Shown piece after piece: positions 1-13,776 of a stretch of DNA of 64,000 nt (position 1 is its first letter; every line of letters begins with the position of its first letter). The stretch lies in the NCBI RefSeq assembly GCF_021028975.2, contig NC_059426.1, forward strand, positions 71,796,001-71,860,000. The letters are read 5' to 3'. The stretch comes from Sphaerodactylus townsendi. Taxonomy: Eukaryota. The notes beneath the pieces were generated by a model. That model worked only from the letters and a program-made list of their open reading frames with translations. It was not told where the DNA came from and ran no database searches. Position numbers and translations under genes: made by a program.

Positions 1-58
1 TCTAGACGAGAAAGACAACAACTGAGCACCAAGGAAGGACTTAAGTTTTTGATGTTAC

Positions 59-3000
59 CTTCGAAGTCTACAAGGCCATCTCCATTCAGATCAACATCTT
101 TGAGAATCTCATCTACCTCATGGTAATTCAGCTGCTGCCCCAAGAGTTTGCGCATGGCTTCCCGTAGCTCAGCTACGCTGATTTGTCCATCTCCATTTGT
201 GTCAAACTAGAAGGAAATGAAAAGTTATTAATGTACCTTGTTGACTCTTCTGCCATATCCACACCTCCAGGCTCCTGTACTGCCTCACTGTGCTGAGACT
301 AATGGACAGCATCATTATCCACTGTTCCTAACCTCAATCAATCAGATGTGTCAATGGAACTCTCTGGGGGTTTAAGAACAACCCCAGCCTGTGCAGTGAG
401 TATGACATAGAACAAACACTTCAGTATCAGCCACATTACAGTGGATACTTACACCACAAGGCCAAAATCATGTGTACATTTTACTATGCTTTAATTATTA
501 CCCTAAAATATTCACTAGCTTTGAATGATGTGTTACCACTATTAACAATTTGGAGAGGACTGCTTTAAAGGTTACCACACTCTCTCCAGCTAGTGTGGAA
601 ATTCATGCCATCTTGTGATTACACTTGGTATCTGCTTCTCAGGTGTCCTTCCAGCCAACCTCACCATCATTTCCTTTGTCACCCTTCCTCTAGTCAAGGG
701 AAATGTTGTCAGTTTCACTAAGCCAGTTTTACCAAAAGCCAGCCCCATGTGCACACAGACAAGTGTGATCGTTTGATCTGGTTTTGCTGCCTAGAAATAT
801 TATTATTGTAGTGGCAGACAGAAGTACAAACATGTATTTATGTTAGAATGTCCTCCAGTACCCCTACACACACTCTTGTACACTCTAGTGCTAATCTCCT
901 TGTGTCCTAGAGATGGGCTAAATGTGGCTCTTACCTCCCGGAAGGCATCCCGCAGTTCTTTCACCCCAATCATGTCTGCAGTTTCTGCCAGCATTTTGGG
1001 GCCCATAAGGTCCACAAAGTCATCGAAATCTACCTTTCCTCCAGCTGTAGATATAGAAAGACTATTTCAGAACTGGATAACACCAGGTTATTATACTTAA
1101 GGCTGATTCACAGTCACCATCAGAGCTTCTTTAAACCTACAATGTAATTTCCTTAACTTCCAAATCACACAGTCTTGCTGACACTAGAGTGCTTATAACA
1201 AAGGATTCTGACCTCCATGAAAGCAAATCACCAGTGTGTTGATTCCAAGTTGGCTAGGTTTTGTCCTTGATAACAGTTAAAAGCTTACTTTTTCTTAACT
1301 ATCACACTTAACCCCTCTGCAGCTGTGTGATGCTTCTCTTGATGTAACATATCTGCACTATATACTTCAAAGGTCATTGGTGGGAGAGTGGAAGTCTGCA
1401 CAAGCTCCCAAGGGAGAAGCGAGGGGGAGCTGCACCCGGGGCATGCCTGCATCCTGCATCCTGTCTCCTGCCATGCCTCCCTCGCCCCAAAATACCCCTT
1501 CTCCGCCCTCACACGCCCGGTGAATTGTGCCCCACCCTGCCCTTTTGGCTCTACGGCACTGCAAGCTCCTCTGTATAGGAAGGATTTAGACATGCAAATT
1601 AATGGATCTTCTGAGCTCTTGGGTACAACTCAAAGATGGCTTGGGACTGTTTCCTCCTATACTATTCAGTTCACCAGAAGATCTGCTTCTGAAGCCCTGC
1701 TCTGTGCTTCTCAAGCCTTGCTCCATGCCCCAGCAGAGACATGGCATTTTCTCTGATGCCATCTCCCTCTGGAATGTCCCTCCCTCCTGCAGGTTTACTT
1801 GGCACTTACTTTACTTTCTTTCAAGCTGAAGCGTACATATTTTACCCAGGCTTTTAATTGGGTTATTTTATCAGTTTTTTTAATGGTCTGTTCGATTTTA
1901 TGGACAGTTTTTATGCTGTTTGCACTTAATGGCTTGTTTTTAATAACTTGTTTTTATGATGTTACATTGTTTTAATTGGACACCACCTAAAACAGGACTC
2001 TGCTCTGGCAGCATGGAAATATCCTAAACAAATAAATATGTTCTATCTAACCCCACCAGAGCAAAAGCTTCTTGATCATGGTTGTGCTAAACATGAGCAG
2101 AGAGGAATCAAGAATTACTATTGACCCTATTTACATATTGGGTTCTATACTCTTTTCCACTGAAAGATCCAAGCAAATTTTTAATTCATCCGCTGACACT
2201 TCCTGGACCTTCTTTGTTCTAGAATGCTCCTGTTGGGTCCTAGTGCCTGGCAACAGCCTTCCCATGCCCCCTCCCCACACACACGCACACTGATGCAGAC
2301 ACCAAGTCAAGCCCAGCAGGACAGCAGTGGCAAACCGCTCTCCCACTGGGCCTGTCAACAACCTCCCCCATTCCCCCCATCTTCCCATAGACCCAACACA
2401 CCGCTCATCCGCCTGCCAGTATTCCTGCTCGCCCACCTCCCTCCCAACTCACCACTCACTTGTCTGCTGCTTCTGCTATGCTCTTCTACTGTGGAAGAGT
2501 ACTACTCTCTTCTGCTGCACCACCACTGACCACTCTTGTATTTGGTGGAAAAGGGTATAGTGGACAACTATCTCTAGAACATATGTACAGACTATAATTG
2601 CTTCTTAATTCTATTCCAGTCAAATTAGTTCAACTGGGAAATGTTTTTTATTGTTTTGTTTGAACATCAAACCAGCAGAGCATCAATAAAAATCTACTTC
2701 CTTGTACTGAAAAAGGCACAGCTTGCTATGGCTAAAGGTCACCTTTCCCTATTGGACTGGTAAGTTTTGTTGCAGCTAAGGATCTGACACCTGCTCTCCC
2801 CAACAGTCTCTCAGGTACTGCTAGGGCATGCTTAATCAGTGCATAGACTTCTTGTTTTACATACATATGCATGTGGGTTAACTGCTAGTGCTAGCATACT
2901 ACATCACCTGGGCTATATGCCAAGTGAAGCACAGATCAAGGGATAGGGGAGTTTCCAGTGCTTATGAAGTGATGGAAACTCAGGACCAAATTACACATGA

Positions 3001-6000
3001 TGCTGGATTGCCGTGATTAAAACTACTGATTTTGGGGATGGAGGGCTTGATATAGGGCGTTTCCCCACGCTCCCCTATCCACCCTATGCCGCTCGCCCGG
3101 GCGTCCCCACGACCCTGCACTCTGCGCGGGGTCATCAAAAGGCCCCCTTTGCAAGAGCGGCAGGGATGCCATGCGCCGAGGGGGTGCGACAGCGGCAGCG
3201 TCGGGGCGGCTGCGCTGTCGCAGCCCCTCTCGTGGGGGGTGCTGAGGAACCCTGTGCTACTCTCCTCAAGTAGCGCGAGGCTTAAGGTAAGTGGGGAAAG
3301 GCCCATAGACTGTAGCTGTAGCATTAGGGAATGAGGAGGCTTAATCCCACCCCCACTCCCCTCCAAATACTATCTCCTTGGTAAAAAATGCTCCCCAGGC
3401 AATTTTTCACCCTGGGCAAGGAAAAGTTAGGCACAATATGAGTACCTGCCTTCTTTTCTACTTTTATAGGAAAGGGCATTTTCCATCAGAGAAGCTGTAT
3501 GGGGGTGAGGGAATTAACAGTCCTTCCCCCAGTGTTCAACACCAATCCATATCAGACCCACAATCAAGTGGATCCTTTTCAGAGTCATAAAATACATCCA
3601 GCAGCAACTGCCATTGCGAGTCAGGTGGGTGCAGCTGCTATGAGAGAAAGGGAGTGCCAGTGTGAGCAATCACTGCTGCTGCAAGCAGAGGGATGAGCAA
3701 GTGGGTGCAGCTGCCAGGATTGAAGGAATGGGTGGGTACAAACAACAGTAGCCACCAAAATTATGAGCAGTGGATGCATTAGAGGGTGGGTATATCCACA
3801 GCTGAAGACGAAGCCTGCACTTCCTAGTTTCCCGCCACCACCATTGGGAGGGGGGGCAGTCTGGGAGAAGGAGCATTTTTGCCTGTTCTGTTCTGCAAAA
3901 CACATTTTTTTCTTGAAATAAGGAACTGACAGCAATATAGTTGCCACTGTCTTATGGCTCCATTCTGCACTGCTCTGGTACCATAAGAAGTAGACTCCAT
4001 TAATATTGGCTGATGTGTCCTGCTGATAACACACATTGTTGTGAAGCACATCTGGATACAGAACAGAGACTTAGCATGTAATCTACTGTAGCATGGGACA
4101 GAAATATGAAGTCACTGCCATCAGTGGTGGGATTCAAATAATTTAACAACCAGTTCCGGTGGTGGGATTCAAATAATTTAACAACTGGTTGTTTACAAGC
4201 ACCATTTTAACAACCAGTTCTCTCGAAGTGGTGCGAACCTGCTGAATCCCACCACTGCTGCTAACTGTATGAATGGGTCTGTAGGAGCCACAAAGAAAAG
4301 GCAGAATGAATGAAGGCCAGACTGGAAAGCAAAAGTCACAATCCTTCCTCTTCCAGTAGTTCCAATATTTTTACATTATTAGACAGGCATGGGCCGTAGA
4401 TACAGGACTCCTCCCTATAATATAAGAACTTGGTCTGTAAGAGGGAGTTCCTGATAACTACTACAAGTGAGTCAAACCAATATTGGGATTTCCTTCAATT
4501 TGTGCTTGACATTGTCTTCCCACCTGATACACTGGTGGGCCAGTGACTATTATTAATGCTTGGATTAATGTCAGAGAACTTTAACTGAGGGAAGGAGATG
4601 AGATTGAGATGTTCTAATGAAAGGGCAGAGTAACAACAAGGACGAAGTTCACTACTATATGAGTGCAGGGTTGGGAGCAGTCAAAAAGATCCAATTGTTA
4701 CAAGACCAAGAGGAATGAGATGGTCAAAGTTAAGTATTGTTACCATTCAGTTGCAGCAATGGAAGATAGGGGACCAGAAGAAACAGTATGGACTAAACTG
4801 GATGCAACTGGAAATTAGTAAGCTGGCACAACCCCCAGTTCTGTAGGGTTTGTTTGGAGCATCAATATACTTAGTAGTAGTAGATACATACTGATCTGTT
4901 GAGAAAGTTCAATGAGTTCCATCTCAGTAGGCATGTAGCCCATAGTTCGCATACATTCTCCCAGGTCCTTGTAGCTGATATAACCATCATGGTCTTTGTC
5001 AAATTCCCGGAAAGCTTCTCTTAGCTCTGGAAGGAGAAGAGAGGCTGTAAGAAACATATTCAGTAACTTCCCAAGTCTGCTGATTACCCTTGCAAATCAG
5101 GAACTTCAGCTATATCTTGCAGACAGCGCATGACTACATGGGGAAACTGGGCAGCAGGATGAAGAATACACTACTTAGCAAATGCGGTATTGTGCTTCAA
5201 CAACATTCCTGTCTCATTTTGGAACTGGACCTGAAATCTTCTCTAGCGAGATAGTAGCTATGGATGTGTCTAGAAGAGCACTGGAGTTTCCTGTTTCAGG
5301 ACCTGATACATGGAAATACCCAAGTCTCATACTTGAGTGAAGCCAAGTCTCATACTTTCAAGAAGCCACACCTGGGTAAAGAGTACATGATGCAGAGATT
5401 TTTTAAAAACATATTTCCCTCATATTGACGGAACCATGATCAAGATCCTGAGGTTCTTCCAATCTGCAGTGTTAACTACCAAAAGGACAGCTTGGATGGT
5501 ATGCATTTTGCAAGGATGCCTAAATCAGCAAACCACCACTTTGGAAGTGCCTGGGTTGTCTTAGATCCCCTGGGCTAGTATTGCACCAAGCCATGAGAAA
5601 AAATGAAGTGGCATGGTCACTTATTGTGCAATGACAGTGGACAACAGCCCTGGCCTTCCATAGAGAAAAACACGGTGATGATGTTGGTCATGTTACCTTC
5701 GATCTCTTCTGGTCGCAGGTCTCTGTCCTGGCAAAAGAAGGAAAATAGAGACTGGTTTAAAAGAATAATAGCCCCACCCCTTCTGTGGCCTAGTACTGCC
5801 TGCCAAATGTGCAATGTCTTATGTACAAAGGAACTGAGAAGAAGACCCAGAAGGGGCGGCAAGCAGTTAGATAGAAAGGGCTGTAAAATTAGTGGCCGCT
5901 TTGTCCTTTCGTGTCACCTCTTGTCTTCCTTAGACTGATAATCTTCTCCAGCCTATTCCTTCTTAGAATTCTAGTCCCTTTCTGAAGCATGGTCCTTTGC

Positions 6001-9000
6001 ATATTTACCTGCACCACAAACTGTGTTCAGTAGAATTTATTCCTAAATCAACTTGCCCAGGATTTCAAATAGATGCTGCACCAAAATTTAGTCCCATGCA
6101 GTATCATTTCAAAATATGACTGCAGATGATGGGAAGTCCTCGTTCACTGCAGAAAAAAATCTGTGAAGGCTGCCCTTCTAGTCACAGATTCTTGATGTGA
6201 AGATGTATGTCCTGTGGTTGAAAGCTGGCATAGCAGAATGGTTAAAACCCGGAGAAGCTAATCAGGATGTCCATCATTCAAACCCGGACTCTGTCATAGT
6301 CTCATTCTTTCCTAACCTTCCCCTACACACCTCATCCTCAATATTTATGTATTAGATTTTTACACTATCCTTCCTCCAGTATGGAAAGTGTGTGTGTGGG
6401 GGGGGGGGATGGGAAGTGTGGGGGGGGATTTTATTCTTACAATATCCCTGGGAGGTTGGTTAAGGATAGAGATAGTGACTGGTCCAAAATCACACATAAG
6501 CTTCACTGCTGAGCCGAGGTACAACTCAGGTCTCCCCAGCTCTAGAGCAACACACTAGCCACTATATCAATAACCCACCACACTAATTCACCTTAAAAAG
6601 TTGTTGTAAGGATCATAGCAAGATAATGGATGTGAAGCACTCTGAACTCTTTAGAACACTATATTACTACTAAGTATTATTCATCGTTATCATCAAAACA
6701 GACCATTTACTATCTCTTATCATATGGAAAAAGGGTTCAATGAAGCAACCTCTCTACTATCCAGTCTCCATGCAAGAACAGATTTATATGCTATGGCATT
6801 AATATTTTTTTCACAAATATATGGATGAAACAGCTACTGCACATATCAACTGCCTGCTGCATACTTATGGCACTTATGTTGCACTTAATATGCTAAAGTG
6901 TACATACTTATTCCTATGTACAGATTACATTCCATGGAGGAAATGGTGATGCATGAAAAAACCTGAACTATACTTCAGTACAGAATTCTCCACTGAGTAG
7001 TGGGAGGAGGTAGCATAGTGGCTATGTGCAGTGGCAGAACATAGAGACCAGACTGTGGTAGAGACCATGATGTGATGTGCTGTATAAGAAATGAGATGCT
7101 GGAAGCACAATACGTACGATCTGCGTGATGGCGATGCTCTGGCGCAAGAAGATGCAGGCTGGCCCCACCAACCCGTGCAGCACAGAATAACTCTGCAATG
7201 CTGGCTGGTGTGTGCCATCAATCATATCATCCAAGTCGCTGGTGGAGGCTGGAGAGCCTGGAGCTTCTGAAGGATGCTTATTCTCCTGTGATATAGCTTG
7301 CAATTAGCTAAATCTGGTTACAGTGCCTCATCCCCTCCCCCCCATTTCCCACAAGGCCTGCATGAAAGCCAAGGTCATAACCCCCGGGATATTCTAAGGA
7401 AGGGATAAAGACAAAGAATTGGAGTGCACTCAAACAGGTACCTGAAAAGCCTTATATTCCTCCCCTGTGAATTTAACTCACTGACTCAGCACCATAGCCC
7501 ACACTGTAAATACTACAGTTAGAGCTGCACACAGTCTCCATGAGTAACTAATGGCAAACCATTAGCAGCCATCACACCTTAATCCATGTTGGAGTGGAGG
7601 TATCCACCTACCCTAAGATTGAAGCCATGTCATTCCCCTCTGTTCGTAGCACCCACACACGTAAGCCAGTGTGCTGTACCAGTGATAAGTGATGTACACT
7701 ACAAATAGCACACACAGAAATGTGCCATAGCAGCAAACATTAGGATACAATACAGTAACCATATACACACATAGCACCAGCTAAGACCTACACTAACATT
7801 CCTTTGCTATTTCTGTCTGTCAGCGGAGGTCTACATTATTGATTTAAACTCACTGAATAGTCATCAACTGTACATGGAGATCTGTATGGATCTTTAGCAG
7901 AGAATTCTCAGCATGTTTCCACAGTATGACTGCTTGAGGGGTGATTCGATCATGAATAGTATAAAACTGACCTACATATATAGGGTAAATATGCCTCTTA
8001 TTTTCTCTCAATTAAAAACCAAATAACCAAGTGGCGAGTGCTCACTCATTCTGGTGAGTAAAATGCCATGTCACAGCTAGTGATTGACATGGATTCAGTT
8101 ATCTAAAACACTTATCAGAAGCTTTTCTTCTTTATGGAGCTCAAGTTACATAAACAAAGCATGTAAAATAAAATACACTAAAGGCCAAATTTTAAATCAC
8201 AACACATTTAAATCACAACAAATTTTAAATCACAACCCAGGACTGGTAGGGAGCTTAATCAAATGCAGGCCTAAATAAAACTGTCTTTAAGTGCCTCTTA
8301 TGGACTGAAAGTAAGGGGGCCAGACTCACTACCTTAGAAGTTGCTCCATAATTGTGGGGCTGCCCCTGAAAAAGCCATCTTTTGTGTACTCACCAAATAA
8401 GCTTCTTTGATTGATGTGAAATCAGGAGGGTCTGTCCCTTTGATCCTAAGTCCCAGGGAGGAGTGTATGAGAGAAGGAGATCCTTCAGATATTTAGGCCC
8501 CAAGCCAAGTAGGTATCATCAGCCCACATGGCAAAGACATTTCCCATTTCAGGCTCTAAATTATTTGTATTTCTAAATAGTTGCAAGAGGTGAAACGAAA
8601 TTCTCCTCAACATATGGATGGAGGATACAGATGTGGCTACTAACTGGCTGAACAGCCAGCATGGTTAATTGTTCCTTAGTAAATGATCATGTGAATTTAC
8701 CCACTGCCTTTCACTCATTCCCTTCACTTCTTTGAGAAATATACACATGTTGCTACACAAGTCTGCCTTGACACATACAAAAGCAAGGCCAATCTATTTC
8801 CTGGAACTGGCACTCATGCATGTATATATTGCTTGTTATTTTCTCTCTTGCCCAACCTTGCCTCAGGTTCACCAATATGCCCTGGAACTGACTCGTGTAG
8901 TGGCTTGATAATAACACAGTCAAGATTACTGAGAAAAGGACAGAAAATTACACTAGCATTAACCTACTCAGATCTCACTCCTATCCCAATGTTTCCAGTA

Positions 9001-10455
9001 TACCAAACTCAAACCTCTGTCTCTGTAACATGCTTGCCTCAGAAGCACAAACTAGCCACAGGACCCATACTCACCCCCCTTACATCCCCAAGAATGACAC
9101 ATATCCAAAAAAACACATAAATATGTCCTATCACCTACAAATAGCCTGTCTGAGTCATAATGTATAATAATATTTAATAATCTGAAAAGTCACAATAGTG
9201 ATAGTTCTAGCAGTGCTTTTTTTTTCTTTTTGTAGCAGTAGGACGGGTACAGAATACTAGCATCTTTTGGGAAGCCCAAAGGATCTGGGGTGATTTTGTG
9301 GAAATCAGGGCGAGTATATATTTGAGTACTGGTGCCTTTTATTTTTTTTTTTAAGAAATAATATTGGTTCTACAAGTCAGAATCTGTCTTTCTATTCACA
9401 TTCTCTGAATTACAATTGAGTTCAAGGGCCTAAATAATTAACTCGGAGGACCAGATCTAGATCCTGGTCTTCCACTCCTCCACCCCATTCTAGAATGGCC
9501 AGTATCTTAATTTAATTATCAGTTAACATCAACATTTTCCAGGGGATACTTATTTGTTTCCTTCCCTGGAACAACTGACAACATTATTTCCCTCATATCC
9601 TGTCACTGATACTGCATCATATCATCTCTACTCACTACGTGATGTTCTTAAAATTCATATACATGTATAAACAGGCACTGATACACTAACGCATGCCCAG
9701 CTCAATTCATGCTTTGGCACCGATATACAAAAAAGTACTTATACAGCATTTACAGAACTCTTCTCGGCTTCAGGTGCTGAAAAACTGACTCTTAAGAACA
9801 TACAGAAATACAGAAAATGCCATGAATAGCCATAATCAGTCCCTGCAGTGTCTGCATACTCTTGAACATGGGAACACCCGTCTTTTTGTACCTCAATTTA
9901 CCCCAACTCAGGCCTTTTAAAAAACCTACTAAAAAGGATGGGGTATGGAGAGAGAAAGACACAGAATAATACTGAGTCTTGCTTGAATTAAAAATGACAT
10001 AGATACTGATCTAAGGAGGACGAATTGTAGGCAAGGAATGGAAAGAAGGGACCTTTTGGGCCAACTGCACACAGGCAAATACTTGGTCTCACTCTATTAA
10101 TCTAGTGTCTTAGGGTGAAAACCTGGGGGTGACTGAATTTGCCACAGTGCCACATGAACCTGAGATTGGGGGGTTGAGGATGTGGTACTGGAGAGGTCTA
10201 GCCATCAAATACCACATTTTTGCGGTGTCTTCTTGGGCACAGCAGAGCCTTAAACCCAAGACTTTGGCCACTGACAGGGATCAACATGGAGGGTCTGAGA
10301 AATGTAGGAAGTATAGACAGACACATGATGAACGAGCGACACACAGGAACACAGCAGGGCTCAACATAATGATGAAAGGGGCCACCCTCCCTCCCTCCCT
10401 CCTCCCCTCCTACCTTGGAGAGCCGCCTGCCTGGGGTTTTGGTGCAGTTGCCCAT
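59..10455 (-). CDS. CABP2: Calcium-binding protein 2 (CaBP2), myristoylated L/S isoforms; 3'-partial
   Basis: Exons on the - strand, all GT-AG and in phase: 10414-10455 ([14 protein letters not shown]; MG myristoylation start), 7118-7285 (L-isoform exon, ...[18 protein letters not shown]), 5697-5727 ([10 protein letters not shown]), 4892-5026 (EF1 [12 protein letters not shown]...QQI), 935-1044 ([10 protein letters not shown]...RDAFRE) and 59-206 (EF3 [14 protein letters not shown]4 [11 protein letters not shown]). The shortened, disabled EF2 loop 'QQITGGKVDF' is the CaBP2 pattern; CaBP1 has QQINMNLGGHVDF. Adjacent to GSTP1 as in mammals. The final exon is outside the window. Confidence 0.93.
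3055..3304. mobile_element. PIF/Harbinger-like MITE, 250 bp, CpG-rich
   Basis: 14-bp TIR gggcgtttccccac / gtggggaaaggccc (1 mismatch), 3-bp ATA duplication on both sides and an internal palindrome. Confidence 0.7.
4122..4257. mobile_element. hAT-like MITE with a duplicated left end
   Basis: TIR cagtggtgggattca / tgaatcccaccactg. The first about 34 bp are tandemly repeated. The TSD is degenerate. Confidence 0.6.
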
Positions 10456-10639
10456 GGCTGCTAAGGCCCTCCCATCCTGCAGAGCCTAGTATGGGGCTGG
10501 AGGCGGCTGGCACTGATGGCAGGGTGTTTTTTAATAGTAACAAGTGATTCTCTTCCTGGGAGGTTTAGACGCTTTGGGGATTTTCAGGGTTTTTATTGTT
10601 GAATATCTCCAGAATATTAAGGGAAAGTGAAAAGAGCGG

Positions 10640-10906
10640 GGGAGGGGGAGGGCGTGGGCCAGAGCCATAATCCTCAGGATTATACGCAACTCAATCATAG
10701 ATGGTGCTAAAGGAGAAAATGGGGGACCAGCAGCTCTTCCTTATGACTGTTCAGACTTGCCACACTCCACGAAGCAGAGTCCTACCCCTGCTTCGTCTTT
10801 CTTGCTTCCATTCCAAAGCCCCTATCAGGCTTAGACATACAGGCAGTCATCAAGGATTATGGCCCACCAGCATCTCCCCTCTCCAAGAGTAGGAAGGCCA
10901 TAATCT
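10640..10906 (-). promoter_or_regulatory. CABP2 proximal promoter with OTX2/CRX-type TAATCC sites and a GC box
   Basis: Palindrome ATAATCCT-C-AGGATTAT at 10667-10683, GGATTA at 10854-10859, TAATCT at 10901-10906 and GGGGGAGGGCGTGG near 10645. These lie about 200-450 bp upstream of the ATG at 10455. Confidence 0.5.
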
Positions 10907-12769
10907 CCTGTGACAATCACAGAGATTTTTTTCAAATCTTTGCTCTAGGGAGTGGCTGCTCTTGCTGAGCTCTGACAATGCTGTTGGGCGGGGGAAGGGT
11001 GAGTGGGAAACGAGGTAGGGGGCATACAGTACCCAGAGTGTCAGTCAGACTTAGTGGTTGGCTGCAATAAGTGAACCAGCTAGTAGAATCCACTGTATTT
11101 ATAGACTCATAGGGTATTATCAGCAGTGACATTAAGAACAACTTTTAATCTCTCATGCAGAACTTGTGAATGTTGTTAACATAGGATAAAAACGGGAAGA
11201 GAGTCATTTGAAATTCAAGTATAAGCACTGATCTTAAGAACACTTTAATTTGCTTTACAGTCAGATCTGGGAAATTAAATCTATGAAAGCAGCCAGGGGT
11301 TCTACAGGGTAGTTTTTAAATCACTATTTAGATCTGGTCACCTTTCTTAGCACATTTGCCTGGGCTCACTTTCCTTGAAAACCTCCAAAAAATAAAAGAA
11401 CTCCATTATTTCTTTTGAAGTGCTTGAAGCCCTTTTAACATGTATTTCAAATTTCCCCCACAAAATTGGTATGATAAAAGCCTTACTGTTCTGAGCATGA
11501 AGGGTCATTATTTCTCTGCCTCACTACCTTACTGCATTGAACAGTAGCAGAGATGACAGCATCACATGACCTTTACCTCTCCTTTAAAAAAATCTAGCAC
11601 ACACAAAGGCCCAGAAATCATGGAGAGGTTGGAGAGGTTTCTCTATGTCAATCCATTTATGAAAATTAGACATGCTTTCAATTTCTCCTGAACAAAGCAG
11701 ACAAGTGTTTAGAATTTAAGGGAAAATGCCAAAGAAAATTTTCAGCCTGACTCATGTATTCAACAGCAGGTGGAACTTATAAAGCCTTCATCACTATTTG
11801 AGCTTTCCTACCTCCTTCTCCCTCAGCTTTGCGGTATGCATCTATGCATGGTGGATGGGTTCCAAGCCCTGCTGGGTCCATCCCTTTCCAGATTTGTGCC
11901 ATCCGAGAACTGGTAACCCACATCCTTAGCAGTTGACACTAAGATGTGGCATTAGAGACATGAAGAGACCTGCATGTGTGGCTGCTGTCCTGAGGGAAGT
12001 ACTGCTGGCTAGTAGTCAATGGCTGTGCCCTTGCTGAGTTTTAGATGTGCTTGCCCTACCTCCAATGCCACCTCTTAATGCTCATTAGTAAATGTGTGGG
12101 GCTTTTTCTCCTAGTTGCTGCTCCACAGTGGCAGCCAATCAGGGCTGGCCTGACCATATAAGTGAGTTATAGTGCACCAGACTTTAATGGGTGTCAAATT
12201 ACATGGAAGTGAATTTTTCTCTATTTAATGTGTTGTAGTTTATTTTTCTCTGTTCTGAACATAGGTGTATGCCAAAGTAATAACTTCCTACAGCACCCAA
12301 ATCCTTTGGGGCTAGTCCTACAGTCACCTGCTATCTCCAACCTCCCCTAATTTTTGTGTCTTTGAATGACCATTGTGGTGTGTGTTAAATATATTATGGC
12401 TTGGTTCAGCTCAGGAGGCTTCATTAAAGGAGCAGGCTGGTATGATGTGGGTTGCCGCATTACAAATGAGTTCCTTGGGGATTATTTACACACACATTAT
12501 CTCAGTCATTGTTATAACAACCATGTACAATCAATATGTCCAGGTTAGTTGCTTTCTTTCAAGGCTTCCTCAAAGGCTGTGGGGATGGCAAAGAACCTTC
12601 ACTGGTGCTAACCTTCTAGGGCTGCTAACTCCTGGTTGAGAAATTCCTGGAGAATCGAAAGTGAAGCCTGCGGAGGATGGGGTTTGTGGAAGACAGGGAC
12701 CTCAGTGGGATATAACATAGAGTCAACCCTGCAAAGCAGCCATTTTCCCCAGAGGAATTGCTCTCTGCA

Positions 12770-12970
12770 GTCATAGAATCATAGAGCTGGACAGGACTAT
12801 ACAGGCCACCTAGTCCAATCCCTGGTTCAATGAAGGATCAGCCTAGATCACCCCTGGTAAATATATTTTAATATTTTTTATTCAGCCATTGCTTGAAGAC
12901 TGCTCATGAGGGGGAGCTCACCACCTCCCTAGGCAGCTGATTCCACTACTGAACAAGTCTTACTGTAAAA
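12770..12970 (-). mobile_element. CR1 LINE 3' fragment inserted in another repeat
   Basis: catagaatcatagag microsatellite tail followed by a typical CR1 3' end (ctagtccaatccct...ggggagctcaccacctccctaggcag). Confidence 0.55.
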
Positions 12971-13431
12971 ATCTGGAGATCGGTTATATTTCTGGAGGAC
13001 ATCTAGGCCCCTCCTGGAGGCTAGTAACTATATAGCCTTGATGCCTAAATTACAGATTTCAGGCTTAGGAGGTTTCCCAACTGACTTCCCTTGGATCGAA
13101 AGGGATGGACAGGATTATGTCATAAGCAAGGGCCCCTTTTCAAGGCCTGGAGTTCTACTTACACCTCTGTCATGGACATCAGTATTTTGCTCTGGGGTGG
13201 AAAACTTGCTCATCAGCCATATGCTTGAGGGTTTAATTTCCTACAGAAACTGGCTGGAATCCTGCTACAAAAGCCCCTTAATCAGAGGGGAATATCCCTT
13301 ATTTCAAAACATCCCACTTACGTAGAACCCACAACACAGTTATCCCCCCTTTCAACCATTACCTTGTATTTTGATATCTTCTCTGTTACTTTACAATGTG
13401 TCCTATGCCCCTTTCCCCTCACACCAGTTAC

Positions 13432-13776
13432 CTGCCCAAAGACAGAGTTGAGAATAGGCTCCATCTCCCAGAAGCTTGGACATCCTTCTGTGTGAGATGA
13501 ATTAACTCTTCCTTCTGCTCCTTGTAACGGCTCATCCTTGGGGCTGGCTCCAGCCATTTTGTCGTCTACTCCGTGGTGGGTGCCAGACAGGGCCACAGAC
13601 GGAGCTGTTGGTGCTGCTTCCAAAGTGCTCTTAGACCTGGGCTGCTGCATGAGCAGCTTGTCTTCTTCTTGGGTCCGATTGCCTGTCCTGCAGAAATGGC
13701 CACTCTTGGACCGCTGGTGCAAGCCACTTCGAGAGAGAGCACGGGATGGCTGCAATTCTGGTGCCTCACTGCTCAT
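13432..13776 (-). CDS. CABP2: Putative alternative first coding exon of CABP2 (caldendrin/CaBP4-like N-terminus, 115 aa; a second in-frame ATG lies at 13806)
   Basis: Open frame MSSEAPELQ...FWEMEPILNSVFGQ ends exactly at a CAG|GTAACT donor in phase 0. That phase matches the phase-0 acceptor of exon 5697-5727 ([10 protein letters not shown]). The final residues resemble the equivalent junction in caldendrin (...PMLSSAFGQ|DRSL) and CaBP4 (...PLLNRVFGK|DREL). Confidence 0.7.

Noticed and set aside
59-10455. Calling the EF-hand gene CABP1, CABP4, CABP5 or calmodulin
   Set aside because: The shortened EF2 loop (QQITGGKVDF), the MGNC first exon and adjacency to GSTP1 fit CABP2.
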